Part shown: piece by piece, positions 1 to 10,339 of the stretch
Numbering within the stretch: the stretch's first letter is position 1
How the letters are laid out: each line of letters opens with the position of its first letter
Origin: Oscillospiraceae bacterium
GTDB lineage: Bacteria; Bacillota; Clostridia; Oscillospirales; Oscillospiraceae
Reading direction: 5' to 3'
Assembly: GCA_015068245.1 (NCBI GenBank)
Contig: SVKU01000005.1
Coordinates: 14,847-78,846 of the forward strand
DNA: 64,000 nt
Program-made: the position numbers and the translations under genes
The notes under the pieces: model-generated
Database searches by the model: none
Seen by the model: the letters and a program-made list of their open reading frames with translations, nothing else
What the model was told of the DNA's origin: nothing

Positions 1-462
1 AATGATAACACCATGGGCACCTGCACACTCAGCGGTTCGTATGATGGCACCAAGATTGTGGGGATCGCTGAGTTCATCGCAAACCACGATCAATGGCTTT
101 TCACCTTTATCGGCAGCATTTTGGAGTATGTCGTCAACGGTAACATATTCATGGGCAGCTACAACCGCCACAACGCCCTGATGAGCCTTTGTCCGGCTCA
201 TGGCGTCCAGCTTGCGTCTGTCTGCCTCAACCACTGCCGCTCCGGCTTCCTTTGCTTTGGAAGCTATGAACGACAGGTTTTTGTCCGTTTCACCTTTGGC
301 AATGTAAACTTTATCAATAACCCGTCCGGCACGCAAAGCCTCGATTATTGCGTTGCGGCCTTCAATTATATCATCGTCAAAAGCCTCTATGGGTCTGGCA
401 GTATCTTCACTGACCCCTCGGCCTTCACGATATGCGGCAGGTCTTCTCTTCTTATCCATCAT
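1..462 (-). CDS. rlmB: 23S rRNA (guanosine-2'-O)-methyltransferase, RlmB/TrmH (SpoU) family; N-terminal 154 codons only, 3' end lies beyond the window edge
   Basis: Not in the ORF track because it runs off the edge. My translation of the minus strand from the ATG at 462 gives MMDKKRRPAAYREGRG...IIEGRNAIIEALRAGRVIDKVYIAKG...HQGVVAVVAAHEYV...PLIVVCDELSDPHNLGAIIRTAECAGAHGVII. This is a SpoU substrate-binding domain plus SpoU methylase motif 1. The listed + ORF 13..579 is its antisense shadow. Confidence 0.75.
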   Translation of the reverse strand, partial: MMDKKRRPAAYREGRGVSEDTARPIEAFDDDIIEGRNAIIEALRAGRVIDKVYIAKGETDKNLSFIASKAKEAGAAVVEADRRKLDAMSRTKAHQGVVAVVAAHEYVTVDDILQNAADKGEKPLIVVCDELSDPHNLGAIIRTAECAGAHGVII

Positions 463-649
463 TTTATCTCCAAATTCAATTCGAATATATTATGTCAATT
501 TATTATATCACAGCTAACACTGTGTGGGCAAGTGCAATATATGAAAATTGAGTCGAAACAAAAAATTTACATTCCATAAACAACTCATTAACCAAGGTTG
601 TTGGCACATAATATATTATAACCGCAAACACTGAACGGAGATTTAACCC

Positions 650-2497
650 ATGGACAAAAAGAAAAAGCCCGCCGAAAACAAAGACAAAGCAAAAACGCTG
701 CTGCCTTTTCTGGCTGCAGCGCTGGTTATAACCGTATTATTCAACGCCCTTATCAACTCATACAAGGCCTCTTTGCAGGAAGAAATAAGCTACAATGATT
801 TTATTTCAATGGTTGAAAACGGTGAAGTGGAGTCAGTTGAGATCCAGCCTGACAGGCTGATGATAAAGCCCGCTGCCGGCGATGGCTCCAATGTTGTGTA
901 TTTCACCGGTCTGGTAGATGACCCGGAGCTGACAGGTGTTCTTTTGGAAAACAACGTGGAGTTTTACCGTGCCACAACAGAGCAGATGTCTCCCTTTGTA
1001 TCTTTTCTGATGGCATACGTTTTGCCCATCGTTGTTATGTATTTGCTGTTCTCTCTTCTGATGAAAAGTGCTTCAAAGAAAATGGGAGGTACCATGTCCT
1101 TTGGTCAAAGCCGGGCAAAGGTGTATGTGGAAAAACAGACCGGCGTGACCTTTGCCGATGTGGCCGGACAGGACGAGGCCAAGGAAAGTCTGCAGGAGAT
1201 AATTGATTTTCTCCACAATCCGCAGAAATACGCTCAGATAGGTGCAAAGCTTCCCAAGGGTGCGCTGTTGGTGGGTTCTCCCGGCACAGGCAAAACCCTG
1301 CTGGCAAAAGCAGTGGCAGGTGAAGCAAATGTTCCGTTCTTCTTTATATCAGGCTCGGATTTTGTCGAAATGTTCGTGGGTGTTGGTGCCTCCAGAGTGC
1401 GTGACCTGTTTCAACAGGCCAGCAAACAGGCACCATGTATCATATTCATCGACGAAATAGATGCCATCGGCAAAAGCCGTGATTCAAAGTACGGCAGCAA
1501 CGACGAGCGCGAGCAGACTCTGAACCAGCTGTTGGCTGAAATTGACGGTTTTGACTCCTCCAAGGGTGTTGTTATACTGGCAGCCACAAACCGTCCCGAA
1601 ACGCTGGATAAGGCTTTGCTGCGAGCAGGTAGATTCGACCGCCGCATAACGGTGGATCGCCCTAACTTCTCCGGCAGGCTTAAAACGCTGCAGGTGCACA
1701 CCAGAAACATACGTCTTTCGGAAGACGTTGACCTTGAAAAAATTGCTCAGGCAACAGCCGGTGCGGTAGGTGCAGACCTGGCAAATCTGGTAAACGAAGC
1801 CGCACTTCGGGCTGTGCGGTTGGGCAGGAATGCTGTCAATCAGGAAGATCTGATGACCTCATTTGAAATGGTAATTGCCGGCAGTGAGAAAAAAGGTACG
1901 GTTCTGACGGAAACCGAAAAACGACTTGTATCATATCACGAAGTGGGTCACGCTCTGGTTGCTGCTTTGCAGAAGCACTCCAAGCCCGTGGCAAAGATAA
2001 CCATCGTTCCTCACACCTCCGGTGCTCTGGGTTATACCATGCAAATGCCCGAGGAAGAAAGATTTCTGGCCTCCAAAGAAGAACTTATAACGGAACTGAC
2101 CACACTGCTGGCAGGGCGTGCGGCGGAACAGCTTGTATTCGGCACCCAAACCACCGGCGCATCAAATGATATTCAAAAGGCTACAGAACTGGGTCGCCGT
2201 ATGATAACCCAGTACGGTATGTCGGACAGATTTGGTCTTATGGCTCTCAGCGAAGAAGGCAACCGTTTTCTTGACGGCAACTCAATGATGAACTGCGCCG
2301 ATGCCACCGCCGCTGCTGCTGACAACGAGCTCGTAAAGCTGCTTGACAGCTGCTACAACAAAGCTCTGGAGCTGCTGCGCCGCAACCGTGGTCTGCTGGA
2401 CGAAATCGCTCTTTTCCTGCTGCAAAAGGAAACCATCACAGGCGACGAGATGATGGCAATTATCGAGCATCCTGATACCCCGGCATTGCCGGCATGA
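650..2497 (+). CDS. ftsH: ATP-dependent zinc metalloprotease FtsH
   Basis: N-terminal TM segments, Walker A GSPGTGKT, Walker B IIFIDEID, and zinc motif HEVGHA. Confidence 0.97.
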   Translation: MDKKKKPAENKDKAKTLLPFLAAALVITVLFNALINSYKASLQEEISYNDFISMVENGEVESVEIQPDRLMIKPAAGDGSNVVYFTGLVDDPELTGVLLENNVEFYRATTEQMSPFVSFLMAYVLPIVVMYLLFSLLMKSASKKMGGTMSFGQSRAKVYVEKQTGVTFADVAGQDEAKESLQEIIDFLHNPQKYAQIGAKLPKGALLVGSPGTGKTLLAKAVAGEANVPFFFISGSDFVEMFVGVGASRVRDLFQQASKQAPCIIFIDEIDAIGKSRDSKYGSNDEREQTLNQLLAEIDGFDSSKGVVILAATNRPETLDKALLRAGRFDRRITVDRPNFSGRLKTLQVHTRNIRLSEDVDLEKIAQATAGAVGADLANLVNEAALRAVRLGRNAVNQEDLMTSFEMVIAGSEKKGTVLTETEKRLVSYHEVGHALVAALQKHSKPVAKITIVPHTSGALGYTMQMPEEERFLASKEELITELTTLLAGRAAEQLVFGTQTTGASNDIQKATELGRRMITQYGMSDRFGLMALSEEGNRFLDGNSMMNCADATAAAADNELVKLLDSCYNKALELLRRNRGLLDEIALFLLQKETITGDEMMAIIEHPDTPALPA

Positions 2498-2600
2498 AGC
2501 AAAAAAGGGGCTGTAAAAACTCACAACTGTCATTGCAGCCATCGAATATGGCGTAGCAATCCGTTTACTTTTGGTTCGAAATCCGCAAAAGTAATAGATT

Positions 2601-2645
2601 CTAAGGACGCGGTCGGTCAGCAGAGCTGACTGACCGCGTCCTTAG
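2601..2645. repeat. 45-nt near-perfect palindrome between the convergent ftsH and lysC stops (possible bidirectional terminator)
   Basis: Sequence is ctaaggacgcggtcggtcag-cagag-ctgactgaccgcgtccttag, with 20-nt arms and 1 mismatch. There is no U-tract on either side. The inner GTCAGC..GCTGAC module recurs at 19670, 39357 and 56794. Confidence 0.5.
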
Positions 2646-2682
2646 AATGACTAAAAGGAGTTTCTTTACAGTCCCTTCTGAT

Positions 2683-3897
2683 TTACTGCATTATATTGAA
2701 GAACTTGTCGTGAACCACCTGCATTGCTTTTTCGGAATCCTCTTCATCGATCAGGACGGAGACCTTTATCTCGCTGGTGGATATCATATGTATGTTGATA
2801 TTGGCTTCGTAAAGAGCCTCGAACATCAGTGCCGCTACGCCGGAGTTGTTTGCCATACCCGCTCCAACGATGCTGACCTTGGAAATAGTGTCGGTTGTAT
2901 TCATATGGTCAAAACCGATAAGGTGTTTCTTTTCTTCCAGAATACGGGCAGCTTCTGCAAGATTGTCTTTTTCCACGGTGAAGCTGATGTCTTTGGTGTT
3001 GCCTCGGCCGATGGACTGGAGAATGATATCAACGTTGATTTTTTCCTTTGCCAGCATGGAGAAAATTCGGTATGCGATACCGGGTTTGTCCTGCAAACCT
3101 ACCAGTGCTATACGGGCAATATTCTTATCGCAGGCTACGCCGCTTACATGTGTCTTTTCCAATTTTGCATCCTCCTTGACTATCGTACCCGGCTTTCCGG
3201 TAAAGCTGGAAAGCACCTCCAGGTTCATATTGTATGTTTTCGCCATTTCGACGGATCTGTTGTGAAGTACCTTTGCGCCCAGGGTGGCCAGTTCAAGCAT
3301 CTCATCGTGAGTTATCTCGTCCAGCTTTCTGGCATTTTTGATAACTCTGGGGTCGGCAGTGTAAACGCCGTCTACATCGGTGTAGATCTGGCACAGGTCT
3401 GCCTTAAGAGCAACCGCCAGAGCAACGGCTGTGGTATCGGAACCGCCGCGGCCGAGAGTTGTAACATCGTCGTATTTATTGACACCCTGGAAGCCGCAGA
3501 CCAGAACAATTTTGTTTCTGTCCAGCTCTTCCTGAATTCTGGTGCCGGAAACCTTTTTGATACGGGCGTTGCCGTAATGAGAACTGGTTTCCATACCCAC
3601 CTGCCAGCCGGTAAGGGATACAACCGGGAATCCCATTCTGCCGATGGCCATGGCCATAAGGGCTACGGATATCTGTTCACCGGTGGAAAGCAGCATATCC
3701 ATCTCACGTTTTGATGCTTTGGGATTTATTTCATTGGCCTTTTCAATAAGGTCATCTGTGGTGTCGCCCTGGGCAGACAAAACAACAACGACCTGATTCC
3801 CGGCCTTATATGTATTGGTTATGATTTCGGCAACGTGGTTTACCCGCTCCGCATTGGCTACAGATGAACCGCCGAACTTTTGGACTATCAGTCCCAT
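2683..3897 (-). CDS. lysC: aspartate kinase
   Basis: N-terminus MGLIVQKFGGSSVANAERV is the aspartokinase signature. The C-terminal half has tandem ACT-like regions. Last gene of the ACT-hom-lysC string. Confidence 0.93.
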   Translation of the reverse strand: MGLIVQKFGGSSVANAERVNHVAEIITNTYKAGNQVVVVLSAQGDTTDDLIEKANEINPKASKREMDMLLSTGEQISVALMAMAIGRMGFPVVSLTGWQVGMETSSHYGNARIKKVSGTRIQEELDRNKIVLVCGFQGVNKYDDVTTLGRGGSDTTAVALAVALKADLCQIYTDVDGVYTADPRVIKNARKLDEITHDEMLELATLGAKVLHNRSVEMAKTYNMNLEVLSSFTGKPGTIVKEDAKLEKTHVSGVACDKNIARIALVGLQDKPGIAYRIFSMLAKEKINVDIILQSIGRGNTKDISFTVEKDNLAEAARILEEKKHLIGFDHMNTTDTISKVSIVGAGMANNSGVAALMFEALYEANINIHMISTSEIKVSVLIDEEDSEKAMQVVHDKFFNIMQ

Positions 3898-3948
3898 ATC
3901 GTATATCCTTCCTTCCTTGTTTGGAGTACACTACTATTATATTCTCAC

Positions 3949-5154
3949 TCAATCAAGCACGCTAATAACCGACAGCACTTCGCAGCCTTCGGACGCCGCA
4001 TTGATACCGTATCTGCTGACAGGCTCGGTAATAAACCCGATCTGCCCTTCGGTCTGGTGAGGAATAACGGTTATTTTCCCGAATTTTGCCCTTGCCTCGT
4101 CTTCAGTCATAGCTGCTCTCACGAACCATCTCATAGGATAAGCGTCGGCATCGGCAACATAATCGTCGTTTCCGTCGACCCAATGGATGTACTTTCTGGA
4201 TTCGGCATGCTTGCTGGCATCGATAACATCAGCCACAACAGCGGACGCTGTAGGCAGTTTGCCTGCGCCTTTTCCGTAAAACATGACATCACCTATGGCA
4301 TCGCCTTTGACGATGATTGCATTGAACACGTCCTCAACATTTGCCAGCTGGTTTTCCTCGTCCATCAGGTGAGGAGCAACGTATATTATCAGCTTGCCTT
4401 CCTCATTCAGCATGGCACGACCAAGGAGTTTTACTCTCATTCCTGCGGCAGATGCAAAAGCAATATCTTCTGCTGTAATTTGGGTTATACCTACAGTTTT
4501 GACCTGTCGGGGATAAACATGCTTTCCAAAGGACAGTGCTGCCAGAATGCAAATTTTGCGGCAGGCATCAAAGCCTTCTATATCAGCAGTCGGGTCAGCC
4601 TCAGCATATCCTTTCTGCTGAGCATCTTTCAGCACCTCATCAAAAGGCAGCCCATGACGAATCATTTTGGTCAGTATATAATTTGTGGTGCCGTTAAGAA
4701 TACCATAAACCTCGGTAAGCTCATTGGCCGCAAGGCACTGGTTCAGCGGCCGAAGAATGGGTATTCCTCCGCCCACACTGGCTTCAAACAAAAGGTTCAG
4801 GTTCCGTTCCTTTGCCAGCGACAGCAGTTCGCAGCCGTGTTCCGCAATCAGTTCCTTGTTGGAAGTGACCACACTTTTCCCCGACTTCAATGCCCGGCGA
4901 ACATACTCAAGAGCCGCACCGCAGCCACCGATACATTCAGCCACAATTGTGATCTCGGGGTCATTCTCTATTACAGAAAAATCTTTTACAATGAGTTCTT
5001 CAAAGGGATCTCCGGGATAGTCACGCCGGGTGAGGATATATTTGACCTCAAGATCCGCCCTTGTTTTGCCGGCTATGGTACGTCCGTTTTTGTGTATTAC
5101 TTCCACAACACCGGAGCCTACTACGCCATAGCCCAGCACAGCTATTTTTGCCAT
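3949..5154 (-). CDS. hom: homoserine dehydrogenase
   Basis: Rossmann motif VLGYGVVGSGV at the N-terminus, a homoserine dehydrogenase core, and a C-terminal ACT-like tail. Adjacent to lysC. Confidence 0.93.
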   Translation of the reverse strand: MAKIAVLGYGVVGSGVVEVIHKNGRTIAGKTRADLEVKYILTRRDYPGDPFEELIVKDFSVIENDPEITIVAECIGGCGAALEYVRRALKSGKSVVTSNKELIAEHGCELLSLAKERNLNLLFEASVGGGIPILRPLNQCLAANELTEVYGILNGTTNYILTKMIRHGLPFDEVLKDAQQKGYAEADPTADIEGFDACRKICILAALSFGKHVYPRQVKTVGITQITAEDIAFASAAGMRVKLLGRAMLNEEGKLIIYVAPHLMDEENQLANVEDVFNAIIVKGDAIGDVMFYGKGAGKLPTASAVVADVIDASKHAESRKYIHWVDGNDDYVADADAYPMRWFVRAAMTEDEARAKFGKITVIPHQTEGQIGFITEPVSRYGINAASEGCEVLSVISVLD

Positions 5155-5223
5155 ACTACTTCCTTATGATGCCGGAGCATTCCTTTCTTGCAACCTGATA
5201 TTTTTAATCTTCAAAGCAGTTCA

Positions 5224-5664
5224 TCAACCACCGGGTATCTCAGCTTTCACAACGCCGGCAATTTTGCCAACACTTTCCAGCAGTTCTTCTATTGTAACAC
5301 TCATGGATCGTGTCTCTGCCGAAATGCTGACAGATGCGCAGCCGTTGGTAGGTATGCTTTGATTTATAGTCAGAATATTTGCTTCGCACATGGCAAACAG
5401 CGAAAGAATGGAGGACAATACTCCGGGTTCGTCTTTCAGAACCAGGTGGAATGTCATTATGCGCCCGGCCGTCAGGTCCTGAAACGGCATAATGCTGTCG
5501 CGATATTTATAATATGCGCTGCGGCTGATGCCTGTCATCAAGGCGGCCTGATGAATGGTCTTGACCTCTCCTGTTTCCAACAGCCGTTTTGCTTCTGCCA
5601 CCTTAAGGAAAACTTCAGGCAGAGCCTTTGCTTCAACCAGATAATACTTCGGCAGTTTGTCCAT
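5224..5664 (-). CDS. ACT domain-containing protein, UPF0735 (PheB-like)
   Basis: N-terminal HTH-like segment ...ISRSAYYKYRDSIMPF followed by an ACT domain. From memory it resembles B. subtilis PheB/UPF0735. It sits upstream of hom, as in many Firmicutes. Confidence 0.7.
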   Translation of the reverse strand: MDKLPKYYLVEAKALPEVFLKVAEAKRLLETGEVKTIHQAALMTGISRSAYYKYRDSIMPFQDLTAGRIMTFHLVLKDEPGVLSSILSLFAMCEANILTINQSIPTNGCASVSISAETRSMSVTIEELLESVGKIAGVVKAEIPGG

Positions 5665-5717
5665 AGATAAACCCCTTTCGTCTATAACCAGTGGGCATTT
5701 GTTTTTGTGATGTCAAC

Positions 5718-5746
5718 ATTTTAACACGATAATTGTATTATTTCAA
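5718..5746 (-). promoter_or_regulatory. candidate sigma-A promoter of the ACT-hom-lysC operon
   Basis: Minus strand reads TTGAAA (5746..5741), 17 nt, TAAAAT (5723..5718), about 55 nt upstream of the ATG at 5664. Confidence 0.35.
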
Positions 5747-5808
5747 CGTGGAATAATATACAAAAACAAACTGCCGGTATTGCCGGCAGTTGTAAAGTTT
5801 TCGATATT

Positions 5809-6249
5809 TCAGCTATGCTGCTTTTCGTTGTACCCTGCAAAGGTATCTTTCATGAGTTCCAGATGCTCTGCAAGCTTGTCTATCTTTTCTTCGGAAAGGC
5901 TGCCGAGAAACTCGCTGTAAAACGCGTCGATCTCCTCATGGAACATCTCTGCTCTCTGATATCCTTCTTCAGTAAGATATATCTTCTGGACTCTGCCATC
6001 GCTTCCCGATATTTCTCTTCTCAAAAGGCCGCTCTTTTCCATGTTTCGCACAGATACGGAAAGACTGGGCATACCTATACCGCATATGTCTGATAGTTCG
6101 GAAAGCGTACAGCCTTCGTTGAATTTAAGAATGGTCAATACACGGGGCTGACCGCTGTAAAGCCCTGCATTGGAAGACATTTTCCTTTCCATCTTGGAAA
6201 ACTCGTACATCAATGAAAAGATAAGGCTTCCGAATTGGATCCTGTTCAT
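5809..6249 (-). CDS. MarR family transcriptional regulator
   Basis: 146 aa with a winged-HTH MarR pattern (...LTILKFNEGCTLSELSDICGIGMPSLSVSVRNMEKSGLLRRE...DGRV). Confidence 0.8.
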   Translation of the reverse strand: MNRIQFGSLIFSLMYEFSKMERKMSSNAGLYSGQPRVLTILKFNEGCTLSELSDICGIGMPSLSVSVRNMEKSGLLRREISGSDGRVQKIYLTEEGYQRAEMFHEEIDAFYSEFLGSLSEEKIDKLAEHLELMKDTFAGYNEKQHS

Positions 6250-6264
6250 TATAATCGCCCTCTG

Positions 6265-6720
6265 TTACTTCTGCTCTATGTTGCTGCTGACCTTCTGCAG
6301 CAGATCTGCCAGACTGTCGATCTGTGCCTCGCTGATACCGGCGGTAAGAGCTTCTTCGATCTCGATACAAAGCCCATCCAGCTGCTGCTGCACAGCCAAA
6401 CCTTTTTCGGTAAGAGTAATGCTTTTATTGCGGGCGTCTGCAGCCCTGCGCTTGCACTCTACAAACCCCTTGTTTTCGAGGTTGCGAACAAGGCTGGAAA
6501 TAGACGATGCTTTGATGCCAAGCGCACTTTCCAGATCTCTCTGGTTAACATCGCCCTTGTCCTGCTGGCGAATGAGATATGCCATTACTCTGGACTGCGG
6601 AAACGTGATATCGTACTGTTCAAATGCTCTGTTGAAGCACTGTGTAATGGAATGGGAAACCTGAGTTACAAGGAAACCTATACCCCTATTGCTGTGCAAC
6701 ACATCTCTCTTCTCGCTCAT
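6265..6720 (-). CDS. MarR family transcriptional regulator (tandem paralogue)
   Basis: 151 aa with a MarR wHTH (...DLESALGIKASSISSLVRNLENKGFVECKR...DARNK). It ends 15 nt upstream of the next marR-like gene. Confidence 0.8.
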   Translation of the reverse strand: MSEKRDVLHSNRGIGFLVTQVSHSITQCFNRAFEQYDITFPQSRVMAYLIRQQDKGDVNQRDLESALGIKASSISSLVRNLENKGFVECKRRAADARNKSITLTEKGLAVQQQLDGLCIEIEEALTAGISEAQIDSLADLLQKVSSNIEQK

Positions 6721-6922
6721 TGTTTCTCCTCCGTAAAAATTATTTAGATGGTTAAAATATACACCAAACTATCATATTTCGTCAACCAATAAAATGGAAA
6801 GACACAAATCGACCACTAAAAAACACCATACACGCACAATAAGCACGTTTTGTATTGGTATTTCACACAATTTGGCACTATACTATTTATATATATAAAC
6901 TAATCATCAAGGAGTTGAGGTC

Positions 6923-7741
6923 ATGGGTTTCTTAAGCTCCGGGGTAAAAACCATCAGAAAGTTTTGTAAACTCTTCAGCGATATGCAGATCCCCGCATTT
7001 TCCGCATATACTGCTTTTTTCGTTATCCTTGCGATTTTTCCCACAATTATGCTTTTGCTGTATCTCGTCAGGCTCACACCTGTCTCTGAGCAGGAGCTGC
7101 TGACTATAGTAAACCAACTCTCTCCGGAGGTCATTCGTCCTCTGCTTTCTCTGGCATCCACCGAGTTGTACTCCGGACTGTCCGGCACTTTCATCGGCGC
7201 AACAGGCTTTACCCTTATATGGTCAGCTTCACGGTGTATGGTCGGGCTTATTAATGGTCTTAATTCCGTATATCATGTCAACGAATCCCGCAACTATTTC
7301 GTCAAGCGGTTTATTGCGTTCTTTTACATGATACTTTTTATCATAGCCCTGATGCTGCTTTTGTTATTCCACGTTTTCTGGAACTTTGTTTTAACAATGT
7401 TAAAGCAGCGCATTTCTCTGCCTTATCCTTTGCCGCTGAACCTCCTTCGTTATGTGGTGATTCTGTTCTTTCTTTCTCTGCTGTTCATGCTGGTTTTCAA
7501 GGTTTTTCCAAACAGGAAAGCCAGGTTCCGCTCCCAGTTTCCCGGAGCAGCTTTCGCTGCCGTCGGTTGGGTGGTCTTCACCTGGCTGTTCTCCGTGTAT
7601 GTCAATAATTTTTCAAATTACACCTATCTTTACGGAAGTCTTACGGTTATTGTGCTTGCCATGCTGTGGATGTATTTCTGCATGATGATACTGTTCGTGG
7701 GCGGTGCAATAAATGTATATCTGGAACATCGTGATATTTAA
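6923..7741 (+). CDS. YihY/BrkB family membrane protein
   Basis: Polytopic membrane protein. N-terminal region SAYTAFFVILAIFPTIMLL and the overall length fit the YihY/virulence factor BrkB family. Confidence 0.75.
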   Translation: MGFLSSGVKTIRKFCKLFSDMQIPAFSAYTAFFVILAIFPTIMLLLYLVRLTPVSEQELLTIVNQLSPEVIRPLLSLASTELYSGLSGTFIGATGFTLIWSASRCMVGLINGLNSVYHVNESRNYFVKRFIAFFYMILFIIALMLLLLFHVFWNFVLTMLKQRISLPYPLPLNLLRYVVILFFLSLLFMLVFKVFPNRKARFRSQFPGAAFAAVGWVVFTWLFSVYVNNFSNYTYLYGSLTVIVLAMLWMYFCMMILFVGGAINVYLEHRDI

Positions 7742-8634
7742 GCATACTCTGTCTTTACCCAGTTACAGACATATTCTGCAAAACTCCTTGTGGCAGGACT
7801 GTCGTCAGATGAGGTCGCCATGGCAAGCCCGATGGTGCGGCTGCATGGAGGCTCCAGTTCCAAAGCCTTAAGCCTTCCGTCACGACCTTTGAGGAGCAGC
7901 TCGGGCATTATCGAGATACCCAATCCCTGTTCTACCATTGCGATAATAGCGTAGTCATCTTTTGTGGTGAATCTGATATTCGGCTTCACACCTGCTGCGT
8001 CCAGTGCACGCCGTGAATCATGGTCGGAGCTTTCAAGCAGAGTTATAAATGCCTCATTTTCCGCCAGTTCCACCGGGAACTTTTCCAAAGACGCATGTTT
8101 ATGGTCTTTGGGCAGCACAGCAAGAAGTCTGTCATCCATTAACGGAATACATCTGCAGCTCAAGTCGTTGGGCATGGCAACAAATCCAATGTCAACAGAC
8201 CCTTCATTAAGCCACTGTTCAACGTCGTGATAATCTCCGTTCAGCAGCTTAAACTCGATATTGGGGTGTTTTTCCTGGAAGCCTTTTATCATTCCGGGAA
8301 GCCAATGCACAGCTACAGATGTAAACGCTCCCACTCTGACTGTACCGGAGTCTAACCCGTGAATCGAATCCACTATCTGTTTCAGTTGTTCCGAGCAATT
8401 CACAATACTGCGCATAACAGGAAGTACCCGCTCTCCTTCGTCAGTAAGGCGAACACCGCCCCTGCCACGGATAAGCAAAGTGAAACCAAAATCTTCCTCA
8501 ATGCCATTTATAATGTGGCTCACACCAGACTGAGTCATACCCAAAGCCTCTGCAGCTTTTGTAAGGCTGCCCAGTTCAACCACCTTAACAAAGGTTTCAT
8601 ATTTCCTTATACTCATATTCATCGCCTCATACAT
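7738..8634 (-). CDS. LysR family transcriptional regulator
   Basis: N-terminal HTH (MSIRKYETFVKVVELGSLTKAAEALGMTQSGVSHII) plus a LysR substrate-binding domain. Divergent from putP. Confidence 0.9.
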   Translation of the reverse strand: MYEAMNMSIRKYETFVKVVELGSLTKAAEALGMTQSGVSHIINGIEEDFGFTLLIRGRGGVRLTDEGERVLPVMRSIVNCSEQLKQIVDSIHGLDSGTVRVGAFTSVAVHWLPGMIKGFQEKHPNIEFKLLNGDYHDVEQWLNEGSVDIGFVAMPNDLSCRCIPLMDDRLLAVLPKDHKHASLEKFPVELAENEAFITLLESSDHDSRRALDAAGVKPNIRFTTKDDYAIIAMVEQGLGISIMPELLLKGRDGRLKALELEPPCSRTIGLAMATSSDDSPATRSFAEYVCNWVKTEYA

Positions 8635-8776
8635 TAAACATTTTCATGTATAATAGAGATTTACGTTATCAATTCTATTATACATGAATTTTTCTAATGT
8701 TCAATACAAGTTTTTGTAATTTTGGGGCTTGATTTTACTGAACATTTTAAGTATAATGCAGTTATAAATTTGATAT

Positions 8777-8795
8777 TGTAATGGAATGCATTACA
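8777..8795. promoter_or_regulatory. candidate LysR-type operator (inverted repeat)
   Basis: TGTAATG-gaatg-CATTACA is a perfect 7-bp inverted repeat in the divergent lysR/putP gap, 26 nt upstream of the putP ATG. Confidence 0.3.
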
Positions 8796-8820
8796 TTTAT
8801 TCATGCAAAGGAGAAGGAAT

Positions 8821-10275
8821 ATGAATTATAGTGAACTTGCGGTATTTATAATATATCTGCTTTTCATGGTAGGTATAGGCGTGTTCTTCTTTATCCGCTC
8901 CAAGGGCGGAAATGAAAAGGACTACTTCCTTGGCGGTCGTCAGATGGGCGCATGGGTTTCGGCTCTTTCCGCCGGCGCTTCCGATATGAGCGCATGGGTG
9001 CTTATGGGTCTTCCCGCCTCCATTTATGCTTACGGTATGGGGCAGACCTGGATAGCAATCGGTCTCGGCATTGGTTACGCTTTGAGTTGGATCTATGAAG
9101 CTCCCAGACTCCGCAAATTTTCAATCAGAGCCAACGACTCCATCACCATTCCCCAGTATCTTACCAACCGCTTTTTGTCCTCCAGCATGGCTCTGCAGAT
9201 AATCTGCGCTGTCATCTTCCTGTTTGCCTACACGATTTATGCAGCCTCCTCCATCAAAGCCTGCGGTACTCTGTTCAACACCGTTATAGGCATTGATGCA
9301 ACCACAGCAATGTACATTGCCGCTGTAATTATCATTGTATACACTTTCCTTGGCGGCTTCAGTGCCGTTTGCTGGACCGACTTCTTCCAGGGTCTGTTAA
9401 TGTTGGGTGCTCTCCTTATCGCCCCCATCTTTGCTGTGTTCGCTCTGGATACCACCGCTGCAAACACCGCCATGCCTGAAGGCTATTGGAACCTGTTCAC
9501 CAACTGGAAGGAGGTTATATCCGGTCTCGGCTGGGGTCTCGGTTACTTCGGTATGCCCCATATCATTATCCGCTTCATGTCCCTCAAGTCCGATAAGGAA
9601 CTGAAAAAATCTGCTAAAATCGGTATCAGCTGGACTGTTCTTATCCTTATATTCTCCGTAGCTGCCGGCTGCATCGGCCGCATGTTCCTGGGCTTTGACC
9701 AGGCCACTGCCGATAATTCTCTCGTATTCATCACCATGGTAAGAAAGATATTCCCCGGTGTTATCTCCGGCGTTCTTCTTTCCGCCATTCTGGCTGCTGC
9801 CATGAGCACTGCAGACTCTCAGCTGCTGGCTTCCGCCTCCGCTTTTGCCAACGACGTTTACAAGCCCGTTATCCGTAAAAACCAGTCCTCCGACAAAGAA
9901 ATGCTTTGGGCAGGACGTATCGTTGTTCTCATAATCGCAATCGTAGCCGTTATCATCGCTTCCAACCCCAATGCCGGCTCCATCATGGATCTGGTTTCCA
10001 ATGCCTGGGGCGTATTCGGCGCAGCATTTGGCCCTGCCATTATGCTGTCCCTGTTCTGGAAACGCTTCACTTTCGGCGGTGCTGTTGCAGGCATCATTGC
10101 AGGCGCTGCAGTTGATATTCTGTGGCTTGCTTTCCTTGCCGGTACCGGAATCTATGAGATTATCCCCGGTTTCATTGCCGGTCTGGTTGCCGCTGTAATT
10201 GTTTCCAAGCTCAGCAAGGCTCCCGGCAAAGACGTTGAGCAGCTCTTCGACGAAGCTGTTGCTCTGGAAGATTAA
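8821..10275 (+). CDS. putP: sodium:solute symporter family transporter, PutP-like (sodium/proline symporter)
   Basis: About 13 TM segments and SSF-family sequence. Start re-called to the ATG at 8821 (MNYSELAV...), which follows SD AAAGGAGAAGG. The track ATG at 8803 lies inside that SD. Confidence 0.85.
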   Translation: MNYSELAVFIIYLLFMVGIGVFFFIRSKGGNEKDYFLGGRQMGAWVSALSAGASDMSAWVLMGLPASIYAYGMGQTWIAIGLGIGYALSWIYEAPRLRKFSIRANDSITIPQYLTNRFLSSSMALQIICAVIFLFAYTIYAASSIKACGTLFNTVIGIDATTAMYIAAVIIIVYTFLGGFSAVCWTDFFQGLLMLGALLIAPIFAVFALDTTAANTAMPEGYWNLFTNWKEVISGLGWGLGYFGMPHIIIRFMSLKSDKELKKSAKIGISWTVLILIFSVAAGCIGRMFLGFDQATADNSLVFITMVRKIFPGVISGVLLSAILAAAMSTADSQLLASASAFANDVYKPVIRKNQSSDKEMLWAGRIVVLIIAIVAVIIASNPNAGSIMDLVSNAWGVFGAAFGPAIMLSLFWKRFTFGGAVAGIIAGAAVDILWLAFLAGTGIYEIIPGFIAGLVAAVIVSKLSKAPGKDVEQLFDEAVALED

Positions 10276-10288
10276 CCAAATACATAAC

Positions 10289-10330
10289 AAAAACTGCCGT
10301 TCCGGAAGAGTTTCCGGAACGGCAGTTTTT
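10289..10330. terminator. bidirectional intrinsic terminator
   Basis: aaaaactgccgttccggaa-gagt-ttccggaacggcagttttt has a long perfect stem flanked by A/T runs. It lies between convergent genes. Confidence 0.85.
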
Positions 10331-10339
10331 TTATCTGTT

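Noticed and set aside
13-579. 188-aa + strand ORF at the window start
   Set aside because: It is the antisense shadow of the rlmB-like gene on the minus strand, which shows clear SpoU motifs. It has no SD and an odd composition.
2647-5169. Long + strand ORFs (355 aa and 429 aa) opposite lysC and hom
   Set aside because: They lie antisense to unmistakable aspartate kinase and homoserine dehydrogenase genes. They are Cys/His/Phe-rich nonsense translations typical of shadow ORFs.
9397-10290. 297-aa minus-strand ORF inside putP
   Set aside because: Shadow ORF opposite a well-supported SSF transporter.
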